The notes: generated by a model from the letters alone, not told the origin. A stretch of DNA of 64,000 nucleotides from Patescibacteria group bacterium (GCA_041661745.1 JBAZTR010000001.1:300306-364305), one strand, 5' to 3'. Numbered from the stretch's first letter, positions 49,492 to 58,831 are shown. Made by a program: numbers and translations.

Positions 49492-50679
49492 CTAATTTTC
49501 TAAAGCGATTAAACCTGGTAATTTTTTTCCAGCTAAGAACTCCAGCATAGCTCCGCCACCAGTTGAGACTAAAGTAAAACTCTCGGCTAAATTTACTTCT
49601 TCAATCATTGGTACAGTATCGCCGCCACCAACCACGGTTTTGGCCTTACCGGTCCGAGCGGCAATGGCCTTAATTAAAGCCTGCGTTCCGGAACAAAAAT
49701 TTTTGACTTCGCAATATCCAAGCGGTCCATTCCAAACAATGGTTCGAGCCGTCTCGATCGTCTCGATCAAACCGGCCAAAGTTTTTCTACCTATATCAAT
49801 AATAATATCCTTTTCATCAACCTCTTCAATAGCGACTAATTTTAATTTAGCTTGAGTACTTAAACGGCGAGCTACACAAACATCAACCGGAAGAACAATT
49901 TTTTCAGACCACTTTTTTAAAATATTTTTGGCGGACGACACGCCATCTTTGTCAAAAGCCGATTTACCAATTTCTTTCCCTTGGGCCACAAAAAAAGCAT
50001 TGGCTAAAGCGCCACCAATAAAAACTTTATCAACTCGTGGTAGCAAGGCTTCCAAAACCGGTAACTTGTCAGCCATTTTTAAACCACCGGACACCAAAAT
50101 AAACGGCCGTTTTGGTTTAGTTTCAAAAAGTGATTCAAGCACGGAAACTTCGTGGTTCAAAAGTGGACCGGCGTAAGACGGCAGTTCCTCGGTAATTGCA
50201 TCAACTGAAGCGTGAGCGCGATGCGAAACAGCAAAAGCGTCATTAATATAAATATCACCCAAAGCCGCCAACTGTGTGGCAAAGGCTTTGCTGTTTTGTT
50301 CTTCGCCCGGATTAAACCGTAAGTTTTCCAACAAAATAATGTCGCCGTCGTGCATGCTCTCAATTAAGCGAACAGCTTTTTCGCCCACCACATCGCGGCA
50401 AAGTTTCACCTTGGTGCCAAACAATTCGCTTAAACGCTTGGCAATGGGGGCGTTGGAAAAAGCCGCCACCCGTTTACCACCCGGCCGACCACGATGCGAC
50501 AAAACGATAATTTTGGCTCCATGTTGGCGCAGCCATTCCAAATCAACCGCGGCGCGGGCGATGCGGCCTTGTGGGCCATCAATCGCTTTACCGTGTTTAA
50601 CCGGCACGTTGCCGTCGATTCTAACTAGCACGCGCTTACTGCGAAGATTATCGGGACTGGTTAAACGGCGCAGTTTCAT
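49492..50679 (-). CDS. pgk: phosphoglycerate kinase
   Basis: [12 protein letters not shown]...; [20 protein letters not shown]; 395 aa. Confidence 0.9.
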   Translation of the reverse strand: MKLRRLTSPDNLRSKRVLVRIDGNVPVKHGKAIDGPQGRIARAAVDLEWLRQHGAKIIVLSHRGRPGGKRVAAFSNAPIAKRLSELFGTKVKLCRDVVGEKAVRLIESMHDGDIILLENLRFNPGEEQNSKAFATQLAALGDIYINDAFAVSHRAHASVDAITEELPSYAGPLLNHEVSVLESLFETKPKRPFILVSGGLKMADKLPVLEALLPRVDKVFIGGALANAFFVAQGKEIGKSAFDKDGVSSAKNILKKWSEKIVLPVDVCVARRLSTQAKLKLVAIEEVDEKDIIIDIGRKTLAGLIETIETARTIVWNGPLGYCEVKNFCSGTQALIKAIAARTGKAKTVVGGGDTVPMIEEVNLAESFTLVSTGGGAMLEFLAGKKLPGLIALEN

Positions 50680-50709
50680 AAGTACTTATAGGGTACACTT
50701 TTAAGGTGG

Positions 50710-51615
50710 CTATTTCAACTCCAAAATAACAATCTCCGGAGGATTAAAAAGGCGCGCCCGCGGTCCGGTTTCGCCGAGACCTGAAGTAACAAAAAGTTTG
50801 GTTCCGGAAAAATCAAAAAGTCCTTTGCTGTATTCTTTAGACAAAACTGTGGGAACAGAAGAAACTGAACCAACAAAAGGCAACCGGATTTGCCCACCGT
50901 GTGCATGCCCCGAAACAATCAAAGCAACTTTTGAACTTTCAATATTAAAAACCGCATCTGGGTTGTGCGACATTAATATAACCGTTTCGTCGGGACAACT
51001 ATTCACAGTTTCACTAACGACACCGCCGTTCCACAAATCATTAACCCCGGCCAAACAAAAAAACTTTTCATCAGATATTTTAATCTCAGCAGAAGAATCA
51101 ATTAGAACCGTTATCCCCAGGGCTTGGAGTTTATTTTTTATTTCATCTGGCAGCTCGGCTTCAAAGTCATGATTTCCTAAAACCGCAAAAACACCCAAAG
51201 GGGCGGAAAGTTCGGCTAAAGCGTTTAAATCTTCGGCCTCACCTAAATATCCAAAAACATAATCACCGAGTAGCAAAACCAAATCAGGTTTTTGTTTATT
51301 GGTTTTTTCCACAACCTCTTCAACCCAGCCACCTCCTTTGTAAGGGCCGACATGCAAATCAGAAAGAAGCGCGACTTTAATTGACTGATCGATTCCCTCT
51401 ACTTCAATTTTCTCTTGATTAACCACTAAAAGTCTTGGTTCAATAAAGCTACCGTAAAAAATCACGCTCCAAGAAAAAAATAAAACAATGACCACTAATA
51501 AAAGGAGCCATTGCTTTAAAATTTTTCGACCGAATTTTGTAACAATATCAATCAGAGCCGCCCCGACCACGACTAAAAAAACCCAAATTACCGCTTCAAA
51601 CATCAACCACAACAT
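50710..51615 (-). CDS. membrane-anchored calcineurin-like metallophosphoesterase
   Basis: Two N-terminal TM helices; DLHV...GDYVFG...GNHDFE...SHNP...GHAHGGQ metallophosphatase motifs. Confidence 0.7.
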   Translation of the reverse strand: MLWLMFEAVIWVFLVVVGAALIDIVTKFGRKILKQWLLLLVVIVLFFSWSVIFYGSFIEPRLLVVNQEKIEVEGIDQSIKVALLSDLHVGPYKGGGWVEEVVEKTNKQKPDLVLLLGDYVFGYLGEAEDLNALAELSAPLGVFAVLGNHDFEAELPDEIKNKLQALGITVLIDSSAEIKISDEKFFCLAGVNDLWNGGVVSETVNSCPDETVILMSHNPDAVFNIESSKVALIVSGHAHGGQIRLPFVGSVSSVPTVLSKEYSKGLFDFSGTKLFVTSGLGETGPRARLFNPPEIVILELK

Positions 51616-51621
51616 AGCCGG

Positions 51622-52626
51622 TTATTTACCGACAAACATGGCCAGATCCATAAGTCGCATCGAATACCCCCATTCGTTGTCATACCAAGCCAGAACCTTA
51701 ACCATATCGCCATCAACCACCCGAGTCATTTCCAAATCAACAACCGATGAACATGACTCATGAATAAAGTCAGAAGAAACTAATGGTTCGTCCGAGGCTT
51801 TCAAAATTCCCTTCCAGCGTGGTGATTTAGCCGCCTGTTTAAAAACCGCGTTAACTTCTTCGACCGTGGTATTTTTCTTTAAAAGAAAAGTGAAGTCAGA
51901 CAACGAAACATCAATGGTTGGCACCCGAACTGCTAAACCATCAAACTTACCCTTAAGAGTTGGAACAACTTCGCCAGTGGCTTTGGCCGCACCGGTTGAA
52001 GTCGGGACAATATTAATCAAAGCTGCGCGAGCGCGACGCATATCCGGGTGCATTTTTGGTGGCAAACCGTCAACAATATTTTGTTCAGCCGTAACCGAGT
52101 GAATTGTCGTCATCATGGCTTTTTTGATTCCAAAGGCTTCCTCCATAATCGCTGCCACTGGAGCAATGGAGTTGGTGGTGCAAGAAGCATTGTTAATAAT
52201 CTTGTCAGATTTTTTATAATCCTTGTGGTTCACGCCCATAAGGTAAGTCGGCACCTCCTTAGCTGGCGCGGAAATAACCACCTTCTTGGCCCCAGCCGTA
52301 AGATGAGCCGAAGCCGCGGTTTTGTCGGCAAAGCGACCGGTGCATTCTAAAACCACATCAACTTTGTATTCCCCCCACGGCAACTTGGTCGGCTCGGTTT
52401 CGGCGATGACCGGAATTTTTTTACCATCAATAATCAAATGTTTGGCATCAAAAGAAACCTTGTGTGGCCATTCACGAAAAACCGAATCGTATTTTAAAAG
52501 ATGAGCAAGAATTTTTGGTTCGGTTAAATCGTTGATGGCCACAAACTCAACACCCTTGCGTTCAAAACCGGCCTTGAAAACCGTGCGGCCGATACGACCG
52601 AAACCGTTAATGGCAATGCGAATCAT
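51622..52626 (-). CDS. gap: glyceraldehyde-3-phosphate dehydrogenase (type I)
   Basis: MIRIAINGFGRIGR...; ASCTTNS active site; 334 aa. Confidence 0.9.
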   Translation of the reverse strand: MIRIAINGFGRIGRTVFKAGFERKGVEFVAINDLTEPKILAHLLKYDSVFREWPHKVSFDAKHLIIDGKKIPVIAETEPTKLPWGEYKVDVVLECTGRFADKTAASAHLTAGAKKVVISAPAKEVPTYLMGVNHKDYKKSDKIINNASCTTNSIAPVAAIMEEAFGIKKAMMTTIHSVTAEQNIVDGLPPKMHPDMRRARAALINIVPTSTGAAKATGEVVPTLKGKFDGLAVRVPTIDVSLSDFTFLLKKNTTVEEVNAVFKQAAKSPRWKGILKASDEPLVSSDFIHESCSSVVDLEMTRVVDGDMVKVLAWYDNEWGYSMRLMDLAMFVGK

Positions 52627-52640
52627 ATTTGTTTATTAAG

Positions 52641-52720
52641 GACACGAGTATGTAGTGTGTAGTAGGTAGGCAGAGGCTTAGTTAGTTTCCGCCTACATAC
52701 TACCTACTACGTACTCTGGC
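52641..52720. repeat. intergenic hairpin repeat, 'tacctac' family, copy 2
   Basis: gagtatgtagtgtgtagtaggtaggcagaggcttagttagtttccgcctacatactacctactacgtactc. Confidence 0.6.
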
Positions 52721-52747
52721 CTAGATTAAATCTGAGACAATTTTAAC

Positions 52748-52786
52748 ACAAAACCGCCAGGTTCGCACCTGACAGTTGTGTATGAA
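52748..52786. repeat. upstream copy of a ~39-bp imperfect direct repeat flanking the acidic-protein cassette
   Basis: acaaaaccgccaggttcgcacctgacagttgtgtatgaa, against acaaaaccgccgggtttaaccccgacggctgtacatgaa at 53304-53342. It has an 11-nt exact core and ~74% identity overall. Confidence 0.45.
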
Positions 52787-52806
52787 TTTTTCAGACAATA
52801 CTTACC

Positions 52807-52835
52807 TTGACAGGAGGGGAAAAAATCCATAAGAT
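52807..52835 (+). promoter_or_regulatory. sigma70-like promoter TTGACA-N17-TAAGAT driving the small acidic-protein gene
   Basis: -35 at 52807-52812 and -10 at 52830-52835; AGAGAGG RBS at 52870-52876. Confidence 0.5.
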
Positions 52836-52882
52836 GGCCGCGACTTCCGACACTCCAGCCGGAAATGCAAGAGAGGCCCCAC

Positions 52883-53242
52883 ATGCCCCGAACCCTAACC
52901 TTGGAAGAACAGAAGAGGCTTCTGGTCGGTCTCGCTGATGGAGACAAGAACGTTCCGGGTTCCATCGATCCAGACGAAGACGTCTCCGATGAGGACGGCA
53001 ACCTCGTCTTCGATGCCGGGTACTTCTTCGAGGCCGGCATCTGGAAGGATCTGGGAGCGGCCATGGCCGCCATGGTAGAGCTCTTCGGGCGGAAGAGTGT
53101 GGTTGTCCAGTGCCTTCCGATCGAGGGCAACGACACCGCCATGATCATCGAGTTCGTCTCCGTGCCCGACGATCTCAAGATCCCCGACATCGACGTCGAC
53201 CCCGACGACGAGGAAGACGAAGAGGAGGACGAGGAGGACTAG
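52883..53242 (+). CDS. small (119-aa) high-GC protein with a strongly acidic C-terminal tail (DPDDEEDEEEDEED); function unknown
   Basis: Start MPRTLTLEEQ (ATG at 52883, RBS 6 nt upstream). GC3 is saturated. It has its own promoter and terminator and sits in the gap-tsf intergenic region. Confidence 0.5.
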   Translation: MPRTLTLEEQKRLLVGLADGDKNVPGSIDPDEDVSDEDGNLVFDAGYFFEAGIWKDLGAAMAAMVELFGRKSVVVQCLPIEGNDTAMIIEFVSVPDDLKIPDIDVDPDDEEDEEEDEED

Positions 53243-53268
53243 ACCAAGACCTCCCGACTCCGACACGT

Positions 53269-53297
53269 GCGTTCCACCTTCATGGAGCGCTTTTTTT
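53269..53297 (+). terminator. intrinsic terminator of the acidic-protein gene (gcgttccaccttcatggagcgc plus TTTTTTT)
   Basis: 7/8-bp stem then a U-run. Confidence 0.55.
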
Positions 53298-53303
53298 ATA
53301 AAA

Positions 53304-53342
53304 ACAAAACCGCCGGGTTTAACCCCGACGGCTGTACATGAA
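53304..53342. repeat. downstream copy of the cassette-flanking direct repeat
   Basis: See 52748-52786. Confidence 0.45.
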
Positions 53343-53377
53343 ATTTATCCCTCCGAAGCCCGAAGGGCGAAGGGGGA

Positions 53378-53968
53378 TTATTCACCCAAACTCATTCTTG
53401 TAAAACGACCGACCTGCATGTTTTCACCCAAAATCCCCACAACCTCTTTAACCATAATTTCTACAGTCTTGGTATCGTCTTTAATAAACAACTGCTCCAA
53501 CAAACAAACTTCAGAATAAAATTTATTCAACTTGCCTTCGACAATCTTTTCAACAATTTCGGCCGGTTTGTTTTGTTCGGCAATTTCGGCGCGATAAGTT
53601 TCTTTTTCTTTTTCAACTATCTCGGCCGGTACTTCTTCACGACGCACATAGCGCGGCGCGGTTGCGGCCACGTGCATGGCCAAATCGCGACCCAAATTTT
53701 GGAATTGTTCGGTTTTAGCAACAAAGTCAGTTTCACAGTATAACTCCACCATGGCAGCTAATCTGTTGTTAGAGTGAAGGTAGGTAAAAATTCGGCCTTC
53801 CTTGGCGACCCGTTCGGCTTTTTTATCAGCCTTGGCCACACCTTTTTTACGAAGAATCTCAGTTGCTTTTTCCAAGTCGCCGCCGGATTCCTCCAACGCC
53901 GCTTTGGCGTCCATCATGCCAGCGTCGGTCATTGCCCGAAGCTGCATGACAATTTTGGCATCGATCAT
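53378..53968 (-). CDS. tsf: elongation factor Ts (short form)
   Basis: MIDAKIVMQLRAMTDAGMMDAKAALEESGGDLEKATEILRKKG is the UBA-like N-domain; 196 aa. Confidence 0.85.
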   Translation of the reverse strand: MIDAKIVMQLRAMTDAGMMDAKAALEESGGDLEKATEILRKKGVAKADKKAERVAKEGRIFTYLHSNNRLAAMVELYCETDFVAKTEQFQNLGRDLAMHVAATAPRYVRREEVPAEIVEKEKETYRAEIAEQNKPAEIVEKIVEGKLNKFYSEVCLLEQLFIKDDTKTVEIMVKEVVGILGENMQVGRFTRMSLGE

Positions 53969-53980
53969 ATTTTTATTTTA

Positions 53981-54090
53981 GCTTGTAGCTGGTAGGAGGT
54001 AGCTGGTAGGTCAGAATCTATTTTAGAATCCGCCTACAAGGCCAGCTAAGCTGGCCAAGCTACAAGCTACTTCCTACAAGCTGTAAATTT
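53981..54090. repeat. intergenic hairpin repeat, 'tacctac' family variant, copy 3 (rpsB-tsf spacer)
   Basis: gcttgtagctggtaggaggtagctggtagg...gcctacaaggccagctaagctggccaagctacaagctacttcctacaagc. Confidence 0.55.
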
Positions 54091-54835
54091 ATTTTTCGGT
54101 AATCACCGGGGCGGCGACATTTTGTGGGGCCGCCATTTTGGCTGTTTCAAACGCCTTGCGGCCTTCGATAATTGCCTCGGACATTAATTTAGTAATTAAC
54201 GCCAGTGATTTGGCAGCGTCGTCGTTAGCCGGAATAACAAAGTCAACATCGTCAGGATTAATATTGGTGTCGCAGATGGCGATAACCGGAACATGCATGG
54301 TCACGGCTTCACGCACAGCGGTTTTGTCGCAATGCATGTCGAGAACAAATACCGCTTCCGGCATACGTTCAAGCGCTTCAATGCCCCCAACCTTACCGGT
54401 TAACTCTTCGATCTCGCGAGCAAACCACAACTGTTCTTTTTTAGTATATTTTTTTAATTCACCGCGTTCGTTTTGTTCACGCAACATTTTTAAACGGCGA
54501 ATAAGTTTTTTGACTTCACCGAAGTTGGTTAAAGTACCGCCAAGCCAGCGAGCCGAAACATACGGCATACCGCAACGAGTCGCTTCCTTAGCCACCGGCT
54601 CTTGAGCCTGGCGTTTGGTGCCGACAAATAAAATAAGGCCACCGCGTGAAACGACGCCTTTAACATACTCTAAGGTTTCCTTAAGAAGCTTTTGAGTCTC
54701 CTCAAGATTGATGATATGGATACCGCCACGTTCAGCGAAAATGTACGGTTCCATTTTTGGGTGCCAGCGTTGGGCCTGATGGCCAAAATGCACGCCAGCC
54801 TTAAGCATTTCCTCCAAGGAAGGAATGGTAGGCAT
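54089..54835 (-). CDS. rpsB: 30S ribosomal protein S2
   Basis: MPTIPSLEEMLKAGVHFGHQAQRWHPKMEPYIF...; 248 aa. Confidence 0.9.
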   Translation of the reverse strand: MPTIPSLEEMLKAGVHFGHQAQRWHPKMEPYIFAERGGIHIINLEETQKLLKETLEYVKGVVSRGGLILFVGTKRQAQEPVAKEATRCGMPYVSARWLGGTLTNFGEVKKLIRRLKMLREQNERGELKKYTKKEQLWFAREIEELTGKVGGIEALERMPEAVFVLDMHCDKTAVREAVTMHVPVIAICDTNINPDDVDFVIPANDDAAKSLALITKLMSEAIIEGRKAFETAKMAAPQNVAAPVITEK

Positions 54836-54951
54836 AAATTTGTTCCTTTTAGTTACCCGACGGATCGACTTAAGCCCGAATTTCGGGAGGAAAAAGCCGA
54901 TTTTGCCCGTCTTAGAGATTAATTACGTTGGAAGTATAAATGAATATGGCC

Positions 54952-54980
54952 TTGACGTCAAGACTAAATCCGTGTATTTT
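54952..54980 (+). promoter_or_regulatory. sigma70-like promoter TTGACG-N17-TATTTT (a perfect TATAAT also at 55005-55010) upstream of the small high-GC gene
   Basis: ccttgacgtcaagactaaatccgtgtatttt; RBS GGGAGAG at 55018-55024. Confidence 0.45.
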
Positions 54981-55033
54981 AATTCGGCCGTGCCGCATGG
55001 CCGGTATAATCCAACTCGGGAGAGTTGCTACCG

Positions 55034-55342
55034 ATGTCGACTAGCCAGGGAACTTTCACCCCGCCCCGCCGCGCCGCCCACACCACCGAGACGCGGACCA
55101 TCGTCGGCCTGTCCATCGACAAGGCCGCGAAGAGCTTCAAGGCCGCTGTCTTCGCCAAGAAGGGCGACGACCCGGTCAAGCGTCTCGCGACGATCCGGGA
55201 GCGCGCCATCGCGCTTCTGAACTGTCACACCCTCGGGGACGACCCCAAGAGCAGCGAGATCCTCCGCAAGGCCGGGAGGCTGGCCAAGAAGAACAGCCTC
55301 CCCGACGACATCGTCGACATGTTCCCTGTCTCGGCCAACTAG
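55034..55342 (+). CDS. small (102-aa) high-GC basic protein, function unknown
   Basis: ATG at 55034 (MSTSQGTFTPPRRAAH...) 9 nt after the RBS; GC3-rich, with its own promoter and terminator. It is inserted between rpsB and the downstream membrane-protein gene. Confidence 0.45.
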   Translation: MSTSQGTFTPPRRAAHTTETRTIVGLSIDKAAKSFKAAVFAKKGDDPVKRLATIRERAIALLNCHTLGDDPKSSEILRKAGRLAKKNSLPDDIVDMFPVSAN

Positions 55343-55382
55343 GGTCGTACACCTTCCTCGTCTTCCGACCGTCTAACTAAAA

Positions 55383-55430
55383 GACGCCCACACCTGCGGC
55401 GTCTCTGAGTAGACCGGCCGGAATTTTTTT
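55383..55430 (+). terminator. tandem hairpins plus T-run terminating the small high-GC gene
   Basis: gacgcccacacctgcggcgtc, then gaccggccggaattttttt. Confidence 0.5.
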
Positions 55431-55435
55431 ATTTT

Positions 55436-55484
55436 CCCTCTCCCCAGCTCTCCCCCGTATGAGGCCATACGAGGGAGGGAGAAC
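55436..55484. repeat. C-rich hairpin repeat, family 1a, copy C
   Basis: ccctctccccagctctcccccgtatgaggccatacgagggagggagaac. Confidence 0.7.
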
Positions 55485-55502
55485 TAAAATTTTATAAATA
55501 TT

Positions 55503-55547
55503 TCTTCCTCCATCATCGCCACGATGGGGGAGGATAAGAGGAGGGGG
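55503..55547. repeat. C-rich hairpin repeat, family 1b, inverted copy of 26613-26659
   Basis: ttcttcctccatcatcgccacgatgggggaggataagaggaggggg. Confidence 0.6.
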
Positions 55548-55548
55548 A

Positions 55549-56190
55549 TTAAATCTGCTCATCAACCAATTGATGACGACGACGCACGCGCTCGGCTTGC
55601 AACAAAACATATCCCACTCCGGTTAACCCCCCAAGAACTAAACCAGAAAAAGCATTGGATGGAATATTTGGTCGAGCCGGCCAGCGAGAATTGAGTGGTG
55701 TATCAACCACCCGCACTGAAATATCACCACCAGACAAATACGAAGTGGCTTGCTGTGTTAAAACATAAGCCATGGCATTAACAATTTGTTCAGCTTGATC
55801 AACATCAACATGATAAGCCGCCAAGGTTAACAAACCGTTACCGCGCGAAACCGAAGCGGAAACCATTTTACCCCAAGCTTTGCGTTTTTTATCTTCGCGA
55901 TCAGGAAAAACCGATTGATCGATTTCAAAACCAGCACTCATGACTTGGTCAAAAAAAGATGTGGTGTAAACAATGGTCGCCAAATTTTCCGCCAAACGTT
56001 CAACCGAACGGCTGGCCGTGTAAGCATCAAGGGACGAGGCGTTTTCTTGTAAAATTAAAAGACGAACCGTGGAAGAATATTTTAGGGGCTGAACAAAAGA
56101 AACAATGAGCGCAATAACCAATCCGGTAAAGGCCATGGAAATAATTGTGGCCCAGCCGCGCAAAAGAACGGTGGAATGATTTTTAGCCAT
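55549..56190 (-). CDS. bitopic membrane protein, Wzz-like (polysaccharide chain-length determinant family) candidate
   Basis: 213 aa with an N-terminal TM, a periplasmic region, and a C-terminal TM containing GLVLGGLTGVGYVLL. Confidence 0.35.
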   Translation of the reverse strand: MAKNHSTVLLRGWATIISMAFTGLVIALIVSFVQPLKYSSTVRLLILQENASSLDAYTASRSVERLAENLATIVYTTSFFDQVMSAGFEIDQSVFPDREDKKRKAWGKMVSASVSRGNGLLTLAAYHVDVDQAEQIVNAMAYVLTQQATSYLSGGDISVRVVDTPLNSRWPARPNIPSNAFSGLVLGGLTGVGYVLLQAERVRRRHQLVDEQI

Positions 56191-56210
56191 ACTTTTTAAA
56201 ATTTCAAATT

Positions 56211-57290
56211 TTAGTGGGAACCAAGAACCAAATCAATTTTCAAACTTGTCCCGTTGCGATCAATAGTCAAACTAACCGAATCACCAATGTGATAATCAGA
56301 CAGCAATTCGTCGAGCGATTGTTTTTCGGAAATTTCCAAACCGCCGACCGAAATAATTATGTCACCACGCAACAAACCAGCGGTTTCGGCGGGACTGCCT
56401 TTAGTTATTGTACCAAGTAATGTCCCTTTGGTGTAGCTGCGCGTGTAAGTTTCATTGTAGCCAACGGCCCGGGCCAGATCAGTGGCCACTGCCCCAAACC
56501 ACAAAGAGGCGATTTTATTTTCTTTTAACAAAGAATAAACGACCGGCTTAAAAGCCGTTACCGGTAAAACCGTTTCGGTTTCGCCAATTTTATTGGCCAT
56601 TAAAACACCAATCACTTCACCCGAAGAATTAACCACGGCACTACCAGAAAAACGTGAATCAATTGAGGTGTTCAGAACCAAGCGCCGACTAACAGTTTCG
56701 GCTGGCAAAGAAATTTCGCCAATGCGTTCGGTGCGCACCAACGGCGAAACAAATAATTCGTTAGCCGCCGAAACGACAAACAGATTATCGCCCGGGTTAA
56801 CCGACAAAGAATTACCAAAAGAAACAACGGGCGCGTTAGAAATTTCTATTTTCAAAAACAAGACACCGGTCGCAGTATCGGCTAACGCCTGCTGCACGGC
56901 GTAAACTTTTCCGTTATAAAGAATCATCGCTTGGGCGGCCTCGGTCGCGGAAAGATAAAGGGGAGCCGTTAAAAGCCAACCGTCAGAAGTAATAAAAAAT
57001 CCGCTTGCTTGCCCTTCGCCCGGTTCGTAAGCTCCGGTAGCGTCGGATGGAGCGGAAAAAATTTCCACCGCGGCCACTCCAACATCTTCTCGGACCTGTT
57101 CGACAGCTTGGCCGTAATTGCTTGGATCAGGGCGGACGCGCTCGTCTGACAAATTAATGGAATTGGGAGTGGAAATAACCGTATCGTAATCACGTAAATA
57201 ACTTAAAGTTAACGATGCTGTTATGACACCGGCTCCGCCGCCCAAAACTATAGCCAGTAAAAGAATTGATGGGGTCGAAAGCATTTTCAT
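56211..57290 (-). CDS. HtrA/DegP-like trypsin-family serine protease with a C-terminal PDZ domain
   Basis: N-terminal TM; SIDSRFSGSAVVNSSGEVIGV (GxSGxx region); PDZ GSPAETAGLLRGDIIISVGG. Confidence 0.65.
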   Translation of the reverse strand: MKMLSTPSILLLAIVLGGGAGVITASLTLSYLRDYDTVISTPNSINLSDERVRPDPSNYGQAVEQVREDVGVAAVEIFSAPSDATGAYEPGEGQASGFFITSDGWLLTAPLYLSATEAAQAMILYNGKVYAVQQALADTATGVLFLKIEISNAPVVSFGNSLSVNPGDNLFVVSAANELFVSPLVRTERIGEISLPAETVSRRLVLNTSIDSRFSGSAVVNSSGEVIGVLMANKIGETETVLPVTAFKPVVYSLLKENKIASLWFGAVATDLARAVGYNETYTRSYTKGTLLGTITKGSPAETAGLLRGDIIISVGGLEISEKQSLDELLSDYHIGDSVSLTIDRNGTSLKIDLVLGSH

Positions 57291-57300
57291 ACAAGAAAAA

Positions 57301-58074
57301 TTAAGTCCATTTGGCGGTTAAAACAATAACTACCGCAATCAAACCGAAGGCTAACAGGTAACGTTTTAAAACCATCGGACTTAATCGGTTAAATAAATGG
57401 GCGCGTACTATACCAAGAAAAATGTAAAAAAACAAGGTTAGGATAGCCGCGTTGGAAAAAAAGCTGGCCGGTAAAAAAGCTAGACACAAAAACAATTCCG
57501 CTAACAATAAAACGGCCCCAAAGGCGTTGGGAATAATTTTTTCCTTCCCGATCTTACAAACCCAAAGAACCGAAGCAAAAAGAGCAAAAATAAAAACCGC
57601 ATGCAATGGAACGATTAACCAAAGCGAAAAACCAAAAAAAAGTCGCAGGGCAAAAAAGGCCGCGGTAACAAAGAAAACGCTTACCACTCCCATGACCAAC
57701 GACAAATATTCCAAGGCGTTAACTTGATACGTGCTAGATAAATACAGAAAGGAAAAAATGTTTTCCGCAAACAACCAAAGTAAAAGGGTGGCTAAGGTAA
57801 TAATTAAAATTTTCATGTCCCGCCCTTCGACAAAAAGCAACAAAGAAAAGGCCGAAACAGCTAAACAAAAAGGTAAGGCAAAGAAAGACCAAAAATCAGC
57901 TTTATTAAAAGACCAACCGGCCAGTTTGGCTAAAATAAAAAAAAGAATCAAAAGGGCCACGCCGATAACTATAAAAGGATGACCGGGAAACCAAAACAAA
58001 GCCATTGACCCAATGGCCATGGTTAAACCAGCTAAGATGGGAAGGGCGCGTAGAAAAACCAACATGTTATTCAA
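57301..58074 (-). CDS. polytopic membrane protein, function unknown
   Basis: 257 aa, about eight TM helices. Confidence 0.45.
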   Translation of the reverse strand: MNNMLVFLRALPILAGLTMAIGSMALFWFPGHPFIVIGVALLILFFILAKLAGWSFNKADFWSFFALPFCLAVSAFSLLLFVEGRDMKILIITLATLLLWLFAENIFSFLYLSSTYQVNALEYLSLVMGVVSVFFVTAAFFALRLFFGFSLWLIVPLHAVFIFALFASVLWVCKIGKEKIIPNAFGAVLLLAELFLCLAFLPASFFSNAAILTLFFYIFLGIVRAHLFNRLSPMVLKRYLLAFGLIAVVIVLTAKWT

Positions 58075-58828
58075 TCTTCATTATTTCCACGGTCAGGGTG
58101 CCAAAAACTTTCAAAAATCCAGTGGTGGTCTCAAGTCTGTCAATCAAAGCGTAACGACCGATTTCTTGATTTAAGTAACTAAGTCCGTTATTTATTATCG
58201 GCTTAAGTATAATATTGGTCAAAAAAGAAGGAATGGATAAATTACCAATTTTTATCTTAATGTCTTCGGCCACCACCAAGCCGTCCTTGGCCGCCGGGAT
58301 GACTATAAAACGCAGGGCGTTTCCGTTAGACTGACCGGCTATTGGCAAAAATATCTCAACTCCCTGCCTTTCGTCAATTGCCACCTGAGCCAGGTTGCCG
58401 GAAAAGAAAGACAAATTGTTATCTTTTAAAAGAGTCCGAAAAGAGGTAGTGATTGAATTTTCCGATAAAGACAACTCGACACTGCGATCGGCCAGACTGC
58501 CGGCTCCAGATTGTAGACGTTCGGTTAAAACCGCACCAAAGGTTTCTGAAATATAAGTTTCCAGTGGGGCGCCGGCCGCAACAACATGAAGCGGGGCCGG
58601 AGTTTTGTAAGCCAAACTGGAAAGTACGGGCACATTAATAAGACCCGAGGCCGCGACAATCCAAGCAAGGCCAACAACCGCCAACAATAGAATCAAAAAT
58701 AAAAAAAGACAGCCCCAAAGTCTTCCGTGACCATGTCGCTGTGGTAATGATTCCTTTTTTTCTGACGGGGGAATTTTTTCTGTTTCTTTAGCCGCCACCG
58801 GTCCGGATTTTTTTTCGATCATAACCAT
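58067..58828 (-). CDS. membrane-anchored hypothetical protein
   Basis: 253 aa; a Lys/Glu-rich N-terminus, then one TM. Confidence 0.45.
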   Translation of the reverse strand: MVMIEKKSGPVAAKETEKIPPSEKKESLPQRHGHGRLWGCLFLFLILLLAVVGLAWIVAASGLINVPVLSSLAYKTPAPLHVVAAGAPLETYISETFGAVLTERLQSGAGSLADRSVELSLSENSITTSFRTLLKDNNLSFFSGNLAQVAIDERQGVEIFLPIAGQSNGNALRFIVIPAAKDGLVVAEDIKIKIGNLSIPSFLTNIILKPIINNGLSYLNQEIGRYALIDRLETTTGFLKVFGTLTVEIMKIE

Positions 58829-58831
58829 AGA

